Positions 8,732-17,815 of a stretch of DNA of 64,000 bases are shown here, piece by piece (within the stretch, counting starts at the first letter, position 1; every line of letters starts with the position of its first letter). The DNA comes from Candidatus Bathyarchaeia archaeon (GTDB lineage: Archaea; Thermoproteota; Bathyarchaeia; Bathyarchaeales; Bathycorpusculaceae), in contig JAVZNC010000004.1 of NCBI GenBank assembly GCA_038882955.1, forward strand, positions 126,349-190,348, read 5' to 3'. A model generated the notes under the pieces. It saw only the letters and a program-made list of their open reading frames with translations, did no database searches and was not told the DNA's origin. The position numbers were made by a program, and so were the translations under genes.

Positions 8732-11026
8732 GTGGCGATGTTTATTTTGGAGAGAAGAAGGCTAGGGGTAGATAGTTTGCCAGCAGACCCTTTTGGAAAT
8801 GATGTGGAAATAATCGAGAAAACCGTAAACGGAAGAAGAGTTAGGGTGAAGTGGGACTGGGGAAAATTCAAAAGCACAGAGGGATTCCCGGTTGACGATA
8901 ACTTAATAAACTGGGTTATTGGACAAGAGCAAGCGCTAAACGAGTGTTTCCTCTGCCTCGACGAGTGGGTTCATAAGTTAAAATGGCTTGAAAAGACAAA
9001 CTGGTATGAAAGCTGGAGCGACCCAAACAAGCCGAAACCATCAGCAAAAACAGCCATAAGCCCAGGACCATACCTACTGCTTTTGGGAGACCCTGGAACG
9101 GGCAAATCCTTGATTGGAAGGGCTTTAGCTGAAAAACTAACGCAAGTCTACAAGGAGAACGGCATAAAACTTTTTGATGTTTTGTGCTGGAAAAATCCAG
9201 TCTTGCCAAGTCAGCCGAAAATTTCGATTCACAAGGCTGGCGAGGGGAAGAAAATCCTAGTTAAAGAGCAGTTAAAAGAGCTTAAGAGGAAATTCGTCAC
9301 GAAAGTTGGGCTTAAAGCCCTACAAATAATGCTAATAATTATGGGCTTGTTTCTCCTAGGCTTAGGCTTCTACTTCATGTACCAAGCATGGCAAACGTGG
9401 GAGATGAATCCCCTCCTCTACGGGCAGGAGCCACTACAAGAGTATTACAACTACAATTTTATGGATTACCTTGTCAACAGGTTCGTCACCATAGTACCAG
9501 TAACATTCATCCCAGGCGGGAGCCTAATATTCTTCGGAGTATTCATATGGTGGTTCTCAAAACTTGGCGGAATGGGAAACTTGCGGGGAATCGGCGGCGC
9601 CCAACAAACAGAAGTTCCAAAACTGATAGTTGACAACAGCTCTGGACACGCGCCTTTTGTTGATGCAACTGGACACAGAAGCGCCCAATTATTTGGCTCA
9701 ATCGCGTGGGACCCATACCAAACTGGCGGGTTAGGCACACCAGAACACCAAAGAGTTACAGCTGGAGACGTGCACAGAGCATCGCTTGGAATCCTATACA
9801 TCGACGAGATTAAAAATTTGGATCCAGAAGAGGCTATTACGCTCTTGACAGTTCTTGAAGATGGACAGTTGCCGATAACCGTGAGGGGTAAGTGGCACGG
9901 CGGTGACACAGCGGCGATGGCGGTTTCAACAGAACCCGCTCCAGCCATAACTTTTCTTGTGGGCGCTGGAAACTTTGACAGCATTGGGCAGATTCATCCA
10001 GCGTTGATGGATAGAATTTACGGTTATGGCAAAGTGGTGAGAATGAATAATGACATGCCAAACACTGTGGAGAACCGCCGCAAATACGTCCAGTTCATAG
10101 CCCAAGAAGTTAAACGCTTCAACCTCATACCATTCAGCCGCGAAGCATGCGAAGAAATAGTTGAGGAAGGAAGAAGACGAAGCAACAAACGGGATGCTCT
10201 AACAACAAAGTTTAGACCATTAATTTCAATAATTAAGACTGCGGCAACGCTTGCCATAAACGAAAACTGCAAGATCGTTGAAAGACGCCATGTACTCGAA
10301 GCTATAGGACACCACTGCAAAACAATTCAAAGGCAAATACTTGAGCATGAAATGAACGAACGCGGAAAACTTTTGGAGATTTCGCCGAAAGGAGTAAAAC
10401 TTGGACAGATATATGGCTTAGCGGTTGTAAGAGATCCCTACAGCGGAGAAATGACTGGAAGCGTCCTCTGCGTGAAAGCACACATGGCCAAAAGAAGCGA
10501 ATTGTCGCGTAACTATCCAATTAAGGGCTATTACAAGGTTACTGGCGTTGCGAAGGGACAAAGCTTCATAGCGGACAGCATAGCCAAAGTTCGCAGCGTA
10601 ATCCTACAAAAATACGGCATAGACATTGCCCAAGACTATTTAACGCACATAGACTTTGCTCAATCCTACGGCGTCGATGGACCATCAGCAGGAGTGACAA
10701 TGGCAATACTGCTATGCTCGTTGATTGAGGGCAAGCCGATAAGGCAGGATGTGGCGGTTACTGGCGAGATAAACCTTGGCGTTGGGAACGCTATACAAGT
10801 GACGGCTGTCGGCGGAGTTTACGAGAAGATTAAGGCTGCTGAGGCGTGGGGCTTCAAGAAGGTTGTTATTCCACAGAAGAACTTTGAGCATTCAATCGAT
10901 ATTAGAGACTACAAGATTGAGGTTGTGCCAGCCGCAACGCTTGACGATTACTTGAGAGAATGCCTTGTTGAAAAGCCAGAGATAAAGGTTCAAGTCAAAA
11001 CATTTAAACATAGAAAGCAAGGCTAA
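8732..11026 (+). CDS. lonB: Archaeal membrane-anchored ATP-dependent Lon protease (LonB)
   Basis: Walker A GDPGTGKS, two TM helices inside the AAA+ domain, Walker B ILYIDEI, Ser-Lys dyad (DGPSAG...EKIKAA). Confidence 0.93.
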   Translation: MAMFILERRRLGVDSLPADPFGNDVEIIEKTVNGRRVRVKWDWGKFKSTEGFPVDDNLINWVIGQEQALNECFLCLDEWVHKLKWLEKTNWYESWSDPNKPKPSAKTAISPGPYLLLLGDPGTGKSLIGRALAEKLTQVYKENGIKLFDVLCWKNPVLPSQPKISIHKAGEGKKILVKEQLKELKRKFVTKVGLKALQIMLIIMGLFLLGLGFYFMYQAWQTWEMNPLLYGQEPLQEYYNYNFMDYLVNRFVTIVPVTFIPGGSLIFFGVFIWWFSKLGGMGNLRGIGGAQQTEVPKLIVDNSSGHAPFVDATGHRSAQLFGSIAWDPYQTGGLGTPEHQRVTAGDVHRASLGILYIDEIKNLDPEEAITLLTVLEDGQLPITVRGKWHGGDTAAMAVSTEPAPAITFLVGAGNFDSIGQIHPALMDRIYGYGKVVRMNNDMPNTVENRRKYVQFIAQEVKRFNLIPFSREACEEIVEEGRRRSNKRDALTTKFRPLISIIKTAATLAINENCKIVERRHVLEAIGHHCKTIQRQILEHEMNERGKLLEISPKGVKLGQIYGLAVVRDPYSGEMTGSVLCVKAHMAKRSELSRNYPIKGYYKVTGVAKGQSFIADSIAKVRSVILQKYGIDIAQDYLTHIDFAQSYGVDGPSAGVTMAILLCSLIEGKPIRQDVAVTGEINLGVGNAIQVTAVGGVYEKIKAAEAWGFKKVVIPQKNFEHSIDIRDYKIEVVPAATLDDYLRECLVEKPEIKVQVKTFKHRKQG

Positions 11027-11257
11027 CCACCGCAAAAATGCAACTTTTCAATGTCCAACCTTTAGTAGCCAGTTGCCACAGTTGACTAGGTATTACCAAA
11101 CTTATGCATATGCAACCGTAACTTCACCAATACAACCATACTCTCCTCATAGCGAAAAACCCGTATACAAAAGCATCAACAAAAACACGCATTTTTCAAT
11201 AGTTTTTTATCTTCTATCCATTAATCAGCTTTATAGACGCAAGGCAAACGAGAGGCA

Positions 11258-11692
11258 TTGAATATGAGAAGTGTCGACAAGGCGGAGCTTCGCAGATGGC
11301 GAAAGAGAGGCTTTTACAGCGAGAACGTTTTGGTGAAACTCCTAATGAAGAGCGGCTATAACGCCGTGCGCATTCCAGTGAGCAACCCAAGCCTAAGCCC
11401 ACTTCCAGACATCATTGCAAGAAAAGACGCGCATGTCTACGCCTTTGAGGTTAAAAATGCTGGATATTACGCATACTTTCCCAAACAACAAATAGAGAAG
11501 CTGTTCAGGTTCCTAAACGAGCTTGTCCCACTTGAAAACAAACTTAAACACGCTGTTCTCGCTGCGCACTTGGGCAAGAAATGGGTTTTTAGGGAAGTTG
11601 ACTGGAAGGATTGGGAGAAAGGAAAAATCCCAGAGAAAGTCAGAATTCTAAAGAGAGACAGAGGAAACTTCAACCTAGAAAAGGGAAGCTAA
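11258..11692 (+). CDS. Hjc-like PD-(D/E)xK nuclease (Holliday junction resolvase family)
   Basis: RGFYSE...AVRIPVS...PDIIA...FEVK. Confidence 0.75.
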   Translation: MNMRSVDKAELRRWRKRGFYSENVLVKLLMKSGYNAVRIPVSNPSLSPLPDIIARKDAHVYAFEVKNAGYYAYFPKQQIEKLFRFLNELVPLENKLKHAVLAAHLGKKWVFREVDWKDWEKGKIPEKVRILKRDRGNFNLEKGS

Positions 11693-11842
11693 CCTTTAAG
11701 ATGAAACGTCTTCCTCGCTGCTTTAATATCTACTTTGCGAGATTTTATTCCGTGAACTATAGCTTAAATAGAAAGTCTTTTAAGCACAGTTCTGGAAGCC
11801 TGATTTTTAAGCATTCTAATGTATAATTTTCGGGGACTAGAA

Positions 11843-12526
11843 ATGAATGTTGAAAGAAACCTGATTATTACAATTCTAAAGTTGACCAGAAATGGACCAA
11901 TTTTACATAAATTAATCAATAAAGAGGCGAACGTTCCATTGCGAAATTGTAGAAAGTTGCTGTTAAAATTGCAAAATGATGGATTTATTTATGTCAAGGG
12001 AGCACTAGTTGAAGCAGATGGGACGCAACGCCTAAAATTGGCTGTTAAAGCGCTAAGCCTAGGCGCAGACATCGAAACCGTAAGCGCCTTTCTGCAGTGG
12101 CGAGAATTTGAAGAAATCGCTGCAACAGCTTTGGAGAGAAACGGCTACAGCGTATCAAAGAACATCCATTTCAGTTATGCTGGGCGAAGGTGGGAGATGG
12201 ATGTTGTCGGATGCCGAAAACCAATAGTCCTATGCATTGACTGTAAGCATTGGCACCGTGCAATTTCGCCTTCTGCTTTAAAAACGGTTGTTGCGGAGCA
12301 AACGCAGAGAACATGGGCTTTCGCTGAGGCTCTGCCAACACTTGCGGGCAAGGTTGAATGCGCCATGTGGGATAGTGCATGCTTAGTTCCAACGGTGCTA
12401 TCGCTTGTTGCTGGAAAATTCAAATTCTACGATAACGTGCCCATCGTTCCAGTCTTGCAGCTTCAAGATTTCATAAATCAGCTTCCGGCATACGTTGAAT
12501 CTTTAAGGCATTTTAAAAAACCCTAG
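11843..12526 (+). CDS. wHTH + restriction-endonuclease-like (Mrr/NERD) domain protein
   Basis: WREFEE, EMDVVG and CIDCKHW PD-(D/E)xK motifs. Confidence 0.75.
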   Translation: MNVERNLIITILKLTRNGPILHKLINKEANVPLRNCRKLLLKLQNDGFIYVKGALVEADGTQRLKLAVKALSLGADIETVSAFLQWREFEEIAATALERNGYSVSKNIHFSYAGRRWEMDVVGCRKPIVLCIDCKHWHRAISPSALKTVVAEQTQRTWAFAEALPTLAGKVECAMWDSACLVPTVLSLVAGKFKFYDNVPIVPVLQLQDFINQLPAYVESLRHFKKP

Positions 12527-12792
12527 CCGACAAGCTCGACAATTGTCCCCAAAGCTTGACCCGGCACGCCTCTTCTGAATTTCGCTCTAACCAAACCCTT
12601 TTTTCCATGCAAAGCCACAATTTTGCCTACAATCCTGTTTTTTCCATTTTTCCATGCAACCTTTCGTCCAACAAGCCTACACGCTTCAGAAAATGATTTC
12701 ACGTGGCTAAACTGGATTATGCATTCTTTAGGTCTCTGACTTCTAGGACCAACGCGATAATTGACTATGATTCCACTAGCTTGCTGAGCCAA
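12523..12792 (-). CDS. rpl35ae: 50S ribosomal protein L35ae
   Basis: GIIVNYR, GKIVALHGKKGLVRAKF and PGQALG motifs. Confidence 0.93.
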   Translation of the reverse strand: MAQQASGIIVNYRVGPRSQRPKECIIQFSHVKSFSEACRLVGRKVAWKNGKNRIVGKIVALHGKKGLVRAKFRRGVPGQALGTIVELVG

Positions 12793-12929
12793 GCCTCATC
12801 ACCCAAAATTTTAGACAAAAATAAGGTTTTAAATTCATTTCGGTCTATTGGCCGCCATCGTAAACGTGGAAACAGTAATAAGAAAATTGTGCTGAAACAA
12901 GATTCTAACAAGAGAAAGGGAGCTTCAAG

Positions 12930-14231
12930 ATGTTCAACAATTACATTTCTAGAACTGCAAAGTCAAGGGCCTTGTATGAAAGAGCAAAGAGGGTTTTGCC
13001 CGCTGGTGTTTCATATGGCATAAGGTTTTTTGAGCCATACCCCTTCTACACAGCCAAAGCGAAGGGAAGCAAACTTTACGACGCTGATGGAAACGAGTAC
13101 ATAGACTTCTGGCTTGGACACACAGCGCTCATACTTGGGCACAGTCCAAAACCAGTAGTTGAAGCTGTTAAGAGGCAGCTTGAAAATGGCACCCATTACG
13201 GGACATGCCACGAGTTAGAAATAGCATTGGCAGAACAGGTCATGAAGATGGTTCCAAACGTGGATATGGTGCGCTTCACAAACTCTGGAACAGAGGCAAA
13301 CATGTACGCAGTTCGCTTGGCAAGAGCCTACGCAAAAAGACAGAAAATCGCAAAGTTTGAAGGCGGATGGCACGGCGGATACGACGCGCTACACGTAGGC
13401 GTAAAATATCCATTTGACATGCCAGAATCCGCTGGACTAACAAGTGGAGCCACACGAGACACTGTGCTTTTGCCATTTAACGACATCGACGGCGTGAGAA
13501 AAAAATTACAGAATGAAAAGGATGTTGCCGCCATAATAATCGAGCCAGTCCTAGGCGCTGGCGGCGGAATCCCCGCAGAAAAAGAATTTTTGAAGGAACT
13601 TAGAGAAATCTGCGATGAAAAAGATATTCTGTTAATCTTTGATGAGGTGATTACTGGATTTAGGTTGGCTCCGGGTGGCGCCCAACAATTCTTCAACGTC
13701 AAGTCGGACATCACTGTTCTAGGGAAAATTTTGGGCGGAGGCTTTCCAGTAGGAGCCTTCTGCGGACGAAGGGAAATCATGGAGAAACTTGACACGACAA
13801 TTTATGAAAGACCAAACTACGCTTTCCACGGCGGGACGTTCACGGCAAACCCGATAACAATGACTGCGGGTTTAGCAACATTGAAAATTTTGGAGGACGG
13901 CAAACTGATAAACGAGCTAAACACGCTTGGAGACAAAATAAGGAAAGAGTTAAAGGAAATCTTCGAAAAAAGCGGCGTTAGCGTGCAAATTACTGGTGCA
14001 AGCTCAATTTTCAATGTACACTTCACAAAAGAGGAAGTTAAAGATGCAAGAGCTACCTTTAGAGCTGACAGAAAGAAACTTTTAGACTACAACTTGGAAC
14101 TAATCGCCAATGGAATCTTTTTCTTGCCAACGCATAACGGCACGTTAAGCACGGCTCACACAAAAAATGACATAGAAAAACTTTTCACAGAAACCGAAAA
14201 ATACGCAAAAACGCAAAAAGGAGCGAAATAA
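12930..14231 (+). CDS. hemL: Glutamate-1-semialdehyde 2,1-aminomutase-like class III aminotransferase
   Basis: NSGTEA, FDEVITGFR, PLP lysine in GKILGGGFPVG, HGGTF. Confidence 0.85.
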   Translation: MFNNYISRTAKSRALYERAKRVLPAGVSYGIRFFEPYPFYTAKAKGSKLYDADGNEYIDFWLGHTALILGHSPKPVVEAVKRQLENGTHYGTCHELEIALAEQVMKMVPNVDMVRFTNSGTEANMYAVRLARAYAKRQKIAKFEGGWHGGYDALHVGVKYPFDMPESAGLTSGATRDTVLLPFNDIDGVRKKLQNEKDVAAIIIEPVLGAGGGIPAEKEFLKELREICDEKDILLIFDEVITGFRLAPGGAQQFFNVKSDITVLGKILGGGFPVGAFCGRREIMEKLDTTIYERPNYAFHGGTFTANPITMTAGLATLKILEDGKLINELNTLGDKIRKELKEIFEKSGVSVQITGASSIFNVHFTKEEVKDARATFRADRKKLLDYNLELIANGIFFLPTHNGTLSTAHTKNDIEKLFTETEKYAKTQKGAK

Positions 14232-14234
14232 GCC

Positions 14235-14864
14235 CTAAAGCTTGCCTTTCGCGCGTTTAAGCATAAGCTCAGCCCTTTTCAAATCCAATTGAGTATTCAC
14301 ATTAAAGAATGTCCTAAGCTCCGAATCCAACTGTTGCAGAACAAGGGTTGAAACATAACGTACTTCACGCAGCTCACCAATCATTGACCGCATATTCAAG
14401 CCGCCAGCAGCCAAAGCCCTTCCAGCTGCCTCCAAAGCTGGTTTAACACGATAAACAGCTTGTAATGGTTCTATGTAGCCGTTTGGCCACCGTGGAATGG
14501 CAGCATTCCTATTTATGCAAAGCTCAAAAAGGAGTGAGACTATTTCGCTTGATATGAATGGAACATCGCATGGAAGTAGTAGGGCATATTCACCGCTTGC
14601 CACTCTTAAGCCCGTCAATGTCCCCAAAAGCGGAGTGCGTATTTCCCTTTCGTCAACCGCCAACTTAACATTCGAATTGAGTATTTCCATGTAGTTCTCA
14701 AGTTGGATTTTTGAGCTGACAACAACAATCTTTTCTTCGACAACCTTTTCCACAGCATCTAAAACGTGCCTTATTAGGGGCTTGTCTGCAAGTAGCATTA
14801 GCCCCTTGTCCTTTCCAAATCTGCTGGAAAATCCTCCAGCGAGGACTATTGCTGACCTATCCAA
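14235..14864 (-). CDS. mobA: Molybdenum cofactor guanylyltransferase
   Basis: LAGGFSSRFGKDK, PCDVPF, EPLQAVY and FFNVNT motifs. Confidence 0.9.
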   Translation of the reverse strand: MDRSAIVLAGGFSSRFGKDKGLMLLADKPLIRHVLDAVEKVVEEKIVVVSSKIQLENYMEILNSNVKLAVDEREIRTPLLGTLTGLRVASGEYALLLPCDVPFISSEIVSLLFELCINRNAAIPRWPNGYIEPLQAVYRVKPALEAAGRALAAGGLNMRSMIGELREVRYVSTLVLQQLDSELRTFFNVNTQLDLKRAELMLKRAKGKL

Positions 14865-14884
14865 TAACTGCTAGTCTCCAGTTT

Positions 14885-15262
14885 TCATTTTGACTTTGCC
14901 AAGGCACGCGCGGCTTCCGCAATTATAAACAAGCCTATCAGGATTATTACAATGGCATACCATGGTAACATTTGCAAGTAACCCGTCACAGCTAACCCGC
15001 CGAGAACGAAGGCTAATATGCCTATGAATAGGCTGAACTTGCTGAGTCCCATCCCTAAGCCGGTTCTGGCAACGTTTAATCCAATTAGAATTATGCCCGT
15101 CGCAACGGCAATGTAGGGCAGCATAGCCTCAAAGGTCATTCCATAACCAGTCATGGCTAAGCTGACGCCAATCATCACGAAAAACAGTCCCCATGCAAGA
15201 GACGTTAAAGCAACATTTTTGTTCAAAGTTTGCACCACACGAACTGAAACGTTTACTAACAA
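14885..15262 (-). CDS. Small 4-TM membrane protein
   Basis: Four hydrophobic segments. Confidence 0.7.
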   Translation of the reverse strand: MLVNVSVRVVQTLNKNVALTSLAWGLFFVMIGVSLAMTGYGMTFEAMLPYIAVATGIILIGLNVARTGLGMGLSKFSLFIGILAFVLGGLAVTGYLQMLPWYAIVIILIGLFIIAEAARALAKSK

Positions 15263-15366
15263 GCAATATAAGATTATCGCACAAGTTCGACGTATGAAAT
15301 ATTACTAATGCGGAATAGCCTATATTACTGTATCAGGGCAAAGTCTAAGATGAAGAGGCGAAACTA

Positions 15367-15489
15367 ATGAACTCGGAGATTAAAGAGCTCAGCAGAATCA
15401 TTTGCAAGCAATGCGATGAAAAGGACTATGAGAAATGCAGAAACTGCAAGATATACTGGCTGATCAACAAGATAGCAAACGGAAGCTAA
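15367..15489 (+). CDS. 40-aa micro-protein with two CxxC motifs (MNSEIKELSRIICKQCDEKDYEKCRNCKIYWLINKIANGS)
   Basis: Manually translated; GAGG SD upstream; stop overlaps the minD stop convergently. Confidence 0.65.
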   Translation: MNSEIKELSRIICKQCDEKDYEKCRNCKIYWLINKIANGS

Positions 15490-16268
15490 ACCAAACCGTC
15501 AATTTTTTCCGCTATGTCCTCAAGAATCTTTGCAAACGGGTGTTCGGGTTTTTCCTGTGCGAATATTATGTATTCTTCGCCTTTCAAAACATCGCAGAAG
15601 CATGGAATTATGCCTAAAAGCGGTGCTTGATAAACGTCCTTAATTCTGGATTGAAGCTCTTTCCCGCTCCTTAATGAGATGTCATTCAAAACCTTGTTGA
15701 GAACAATTTCGGTTTTCTTCTCAAACAACTCGTAAAGTTCCCTAAGCATACGCCTTGTGCCATCAACATCAGACCTGTCAAAGGTTGTTGCCACAATAAC
15801 AACGTCGGCGCTTACAATCGCGTTTATCGAGGAGTACTGCAGCCCTGGACTAGTGTCAAAAATTATGTAATCAAAACCCCTATCGTTCAAAAGCGAGTTC
15901 CGAAGAGACAAAAGCCTACCCAGAGCGCGCATCTCCCACTTCCTATCCTTTGCGGTCATATCCCTAATTGCTTCCGTTGCGGGATTAGCGAAACAAACGA
16001 AAAATTTACCATTATTTTTGATTTTGTCGCTTAAGTCCACTAAAACCTTGTCAATTTCACACGTACCATTCAAGTAATCGTTCAGCCAATAATTCACATT
16101 TTCAGCCTTAAGAAGCGTTGCAATGCTTGGAGCGCGAAAGTCAAGGTCTAAAAGGCAAACTTTTTTGCCATGTTTGGCAAGTGTTGCCGCTAAATTTATC
16201 GATATTATTGTTTTTCCAGTCCCGCCCTTGTAAGAGTGAACAGCAATTATTTTGCCCATACGAATCAC
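15486..16268 (-). CDS. MinD/ParA family ATPase
   Basis: Deviant Walker A KGGTGKT, LDLDFRAPS, IFDTSPG, VLNKV. Confidence 0.9.
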   Translation of the reverse strand: MIRMGKIIAVHSYKGGTGKTIISINLAATLAKHGKKVCLLDLDFRAPSIATLLKAENVNYWLNDYLNGTCEIDKVLVDLSDKIKNNGKFFVCFANPATEAIRDMTAKDRKWEMRALGRLLSLRNSLLNDRGFDYIIFDTSPGLQYSSINAIVSADVVIVATTFDRSDVDGTRRMLRELYELFEKKTEIVLNKVLNDISLRSGKELQSRIKDVYQAPLLGIIPCFCDVLKGEEYIIFAQEKPEHPFAKILEDIAEKIDGLV

Positions 16269-16639
16269 CCTTGACTTTCCCTGTCAACGTAGAAGTAGGC
16301 TTTACGCCCCTTACGCTCCTTCTTCAAATACCCCATAATCACAAGCTGGTTCAAATAGGCGCTTTCAACAGCCCTAGCCCTGCGGGTCTGCTGGGCTATC
16401 TCATCCGCAGTTGCTCTCCCAAGTCTACAAACGGTCATCGCCGTCTTTCTGAGATGGTCTGGCATCGAAAGCAGCGTCATAACATCTAAGGGTGCTTCAG
16501 GCAAGGGTTGTAATTCTTTTCTTTCGCGTTTTTGCAGTTCAATTATTATTTCCATTTTCTCGTTTAGCTTCTCAAGGTTTTCTTTAATCTTTTCAAGAAT
16601 CTGCAGGGGTTTCTTCCCTAAAGCTTCCTCTTTTGCCAC
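16265..16639 (-). CDS. Coiled-coil + winged-HTH DNA-binding protein
   Basis: N-terminal heptads; TADEIA...RAVESAYLNQLVIMGYLKKERKGRKAYF; overlaps the minD start by 4 nt. Confidence 0.8.
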   Translation of the reverse strand: MAKEEALGKKPLQILEKIKENLEKLNEKMEIIIELQKRERKELQPLPEAPLDVMTLLSMPDHLRKTAMTVCRLGRATADEIAQQTRRARAVESAYLNQLVIMGYLKKERKGRKAYFYVDRESQG

Positions 16640-16653
16640 CGTCTTTCCCCGTT

Positions 16654-16680
16654 GTGTATTACACGTGTACAGTTAGTGTA
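16654..16680. repeat. Three GTGTA repeats at 11-bp period with nested palindromes (GTGTATTACAC, TACACGTGTA)
   Basis: GTGTA at 16654, 16665 and 16676, immediately upstream of the wHTH-MinD operon. Confidence 0.6.
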
Positions 16681-16961
16681 GAAGCCAAGAGCCTTTATTA
16701 AGTCTTACGAAACAATCATCATTATTCACAAGACAAACACAAACTACTTACGACAAAAACCAGTTTTACAATAAAAGGCGCCCATAAAAAGGATAAACAA
16801 TAACATAAAGATAAATAATGCGGCGGTATACTGCGTTGCGAAAACCGCTAGCTTCTCCAACATGGCGCATCATAAGAACGAAAAACTTAGAAAAATAAAA
16901 GACGTATTTCACTGTTTGAAATATTATTAGAAATGATGGCTTATTATAGAAAATTTGGAAT

Positions 16962-17258
16962 CTAATATGGCACTAGCGCCTTGTTCCTGGCTTCCTCGAC
17001 GATTGGCAGTACTTGTTTAAGCTCCCTGAAGTATTTGAGCACAGTTATGCCCTTCTGCGTTATTGCGTAAACAACTCTTCTTTTGCCAACGGTCCTTTCC
17101 TCGATTAGGTTTTGTTTAATCAAAAAGTCCAAGTATTCCTTAAGCACGCTACAGTTCACGTTAGCCTTATACATTATATGCGTCAACTTTAATGGACCAC
17201 GGTGAGCTAACACTTTAAGTATATCTATATACATTTCGAGTTTGGAACGTCTCATCAT
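16962..17258 (-). CDS. Winged-helix transcription regulator (HTH_45/DUF4364-like)
   Basis: RRSKLEMYIDIL...THIMYKANVN...YAITQKG. Confidence 0.88.
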   Translation of the reverse strand: MMRRSKLEMYIDILKVLAHRGPLKLTHIMYKANVNCSVLKEYLDFLIKQNLIEERTVGKRRVVYAITQKGITVLKYFRELKQVLPIVEEARNKALVPY

Positions 17259-17341
17259 CCAAACCTCTTGGCGATATTTTCACCCTTTTTATATAAAGCT
17301 TTTATGGATTCAAACTACGTCTTTTTCCTATTTAGTCAGCA

Positions 17342-17542
17342 TTAGTAGCTCCTTTTCCTCTGTGCTCGCATTAACACGTTTATTCTATTTTGGAAAGCCG
17401 TAACCATGTCATCTAGCAATATTTTTTGCAATTCCGCTGAAAGCCCCTTAATGTTTTCTTTGAGAACTTTAGCCATCTTGGCTTCCAAATCTTTCCTCTG
17501 TTTCAAAGTTATGCTTTGTCTCAAAGAGTTTCCTCCACCCAT
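17342..17542 (-). CDS. Small hypothetical protein, 66 aa
   Basis: Helical, protein-like composition; TATA-like element upstream. Confidence 0.65.
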   Translation of the reverse strand: MGGGNSLRQSITLKQRKDLEAKMAKVLKENIKGLSAELQKILLDDMVTAFQNRINVLMRAQRKRSY

Positions 17543-17579
17543 TTACGCACAAGAATAGGCATAGAGTATATAACTAACT

Positions 17580-17598
17580 TATGAATTCAAAATTCATA
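17580..17598. promoter_or_regulatory. Inverted repeat TATGAATT-CAA-AATTCATA, putative operator
   Basis: Perfect 8-bp arms between the 17542 gene promoter and the sRNA promoter. Confidence 0.45.
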
Positions 17599-17656
17599 TT
17601 CAAAATAAATGAGCCAATTGGAGAACATTTTTATCTATTTGCTTGATTAATTTTTA

Positions 17657-17722
17657 TTGCCGGATGATGAGAAGGCATTAGATTGACTGGAGGATGAAAT
17701 CTCAGAGTTACTCGGACGGCAA
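17657..17722 (+). ncRNA. Box C/D 2'-O-methylation guide sRNA, probably targeting 23S rRNA H69/H71
   Basis: 6-bp terminal stem TTGCCG/CGGCAA; box C ATGATGA; D' TTGA; C' GGATGA; D variant CGGA; guides AAGGCATT and TCAGAGTTACT. Confidence 0.8.
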
Positions 17723-17815
17723 CGAACAAGAAACTTTTCTTAAAATAAGCAGAAAGTAAAAATTAGGGTGTCAATTTACTAACTGAATCTAAACTGAAAA
17801 ATGAGTGGATAGCAC

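Noticed and set aside
8732-11026. Possible intein in Lon because of its length
   Set aside because: No C/S...HN splice junctions or LAGLIDADG blocks; length is explained by the N-extension and TM insert
11027-11257. Short ORFs on both strands between lon and the hjc-like gene
   Set aside because: No motif or convincing coding pattern
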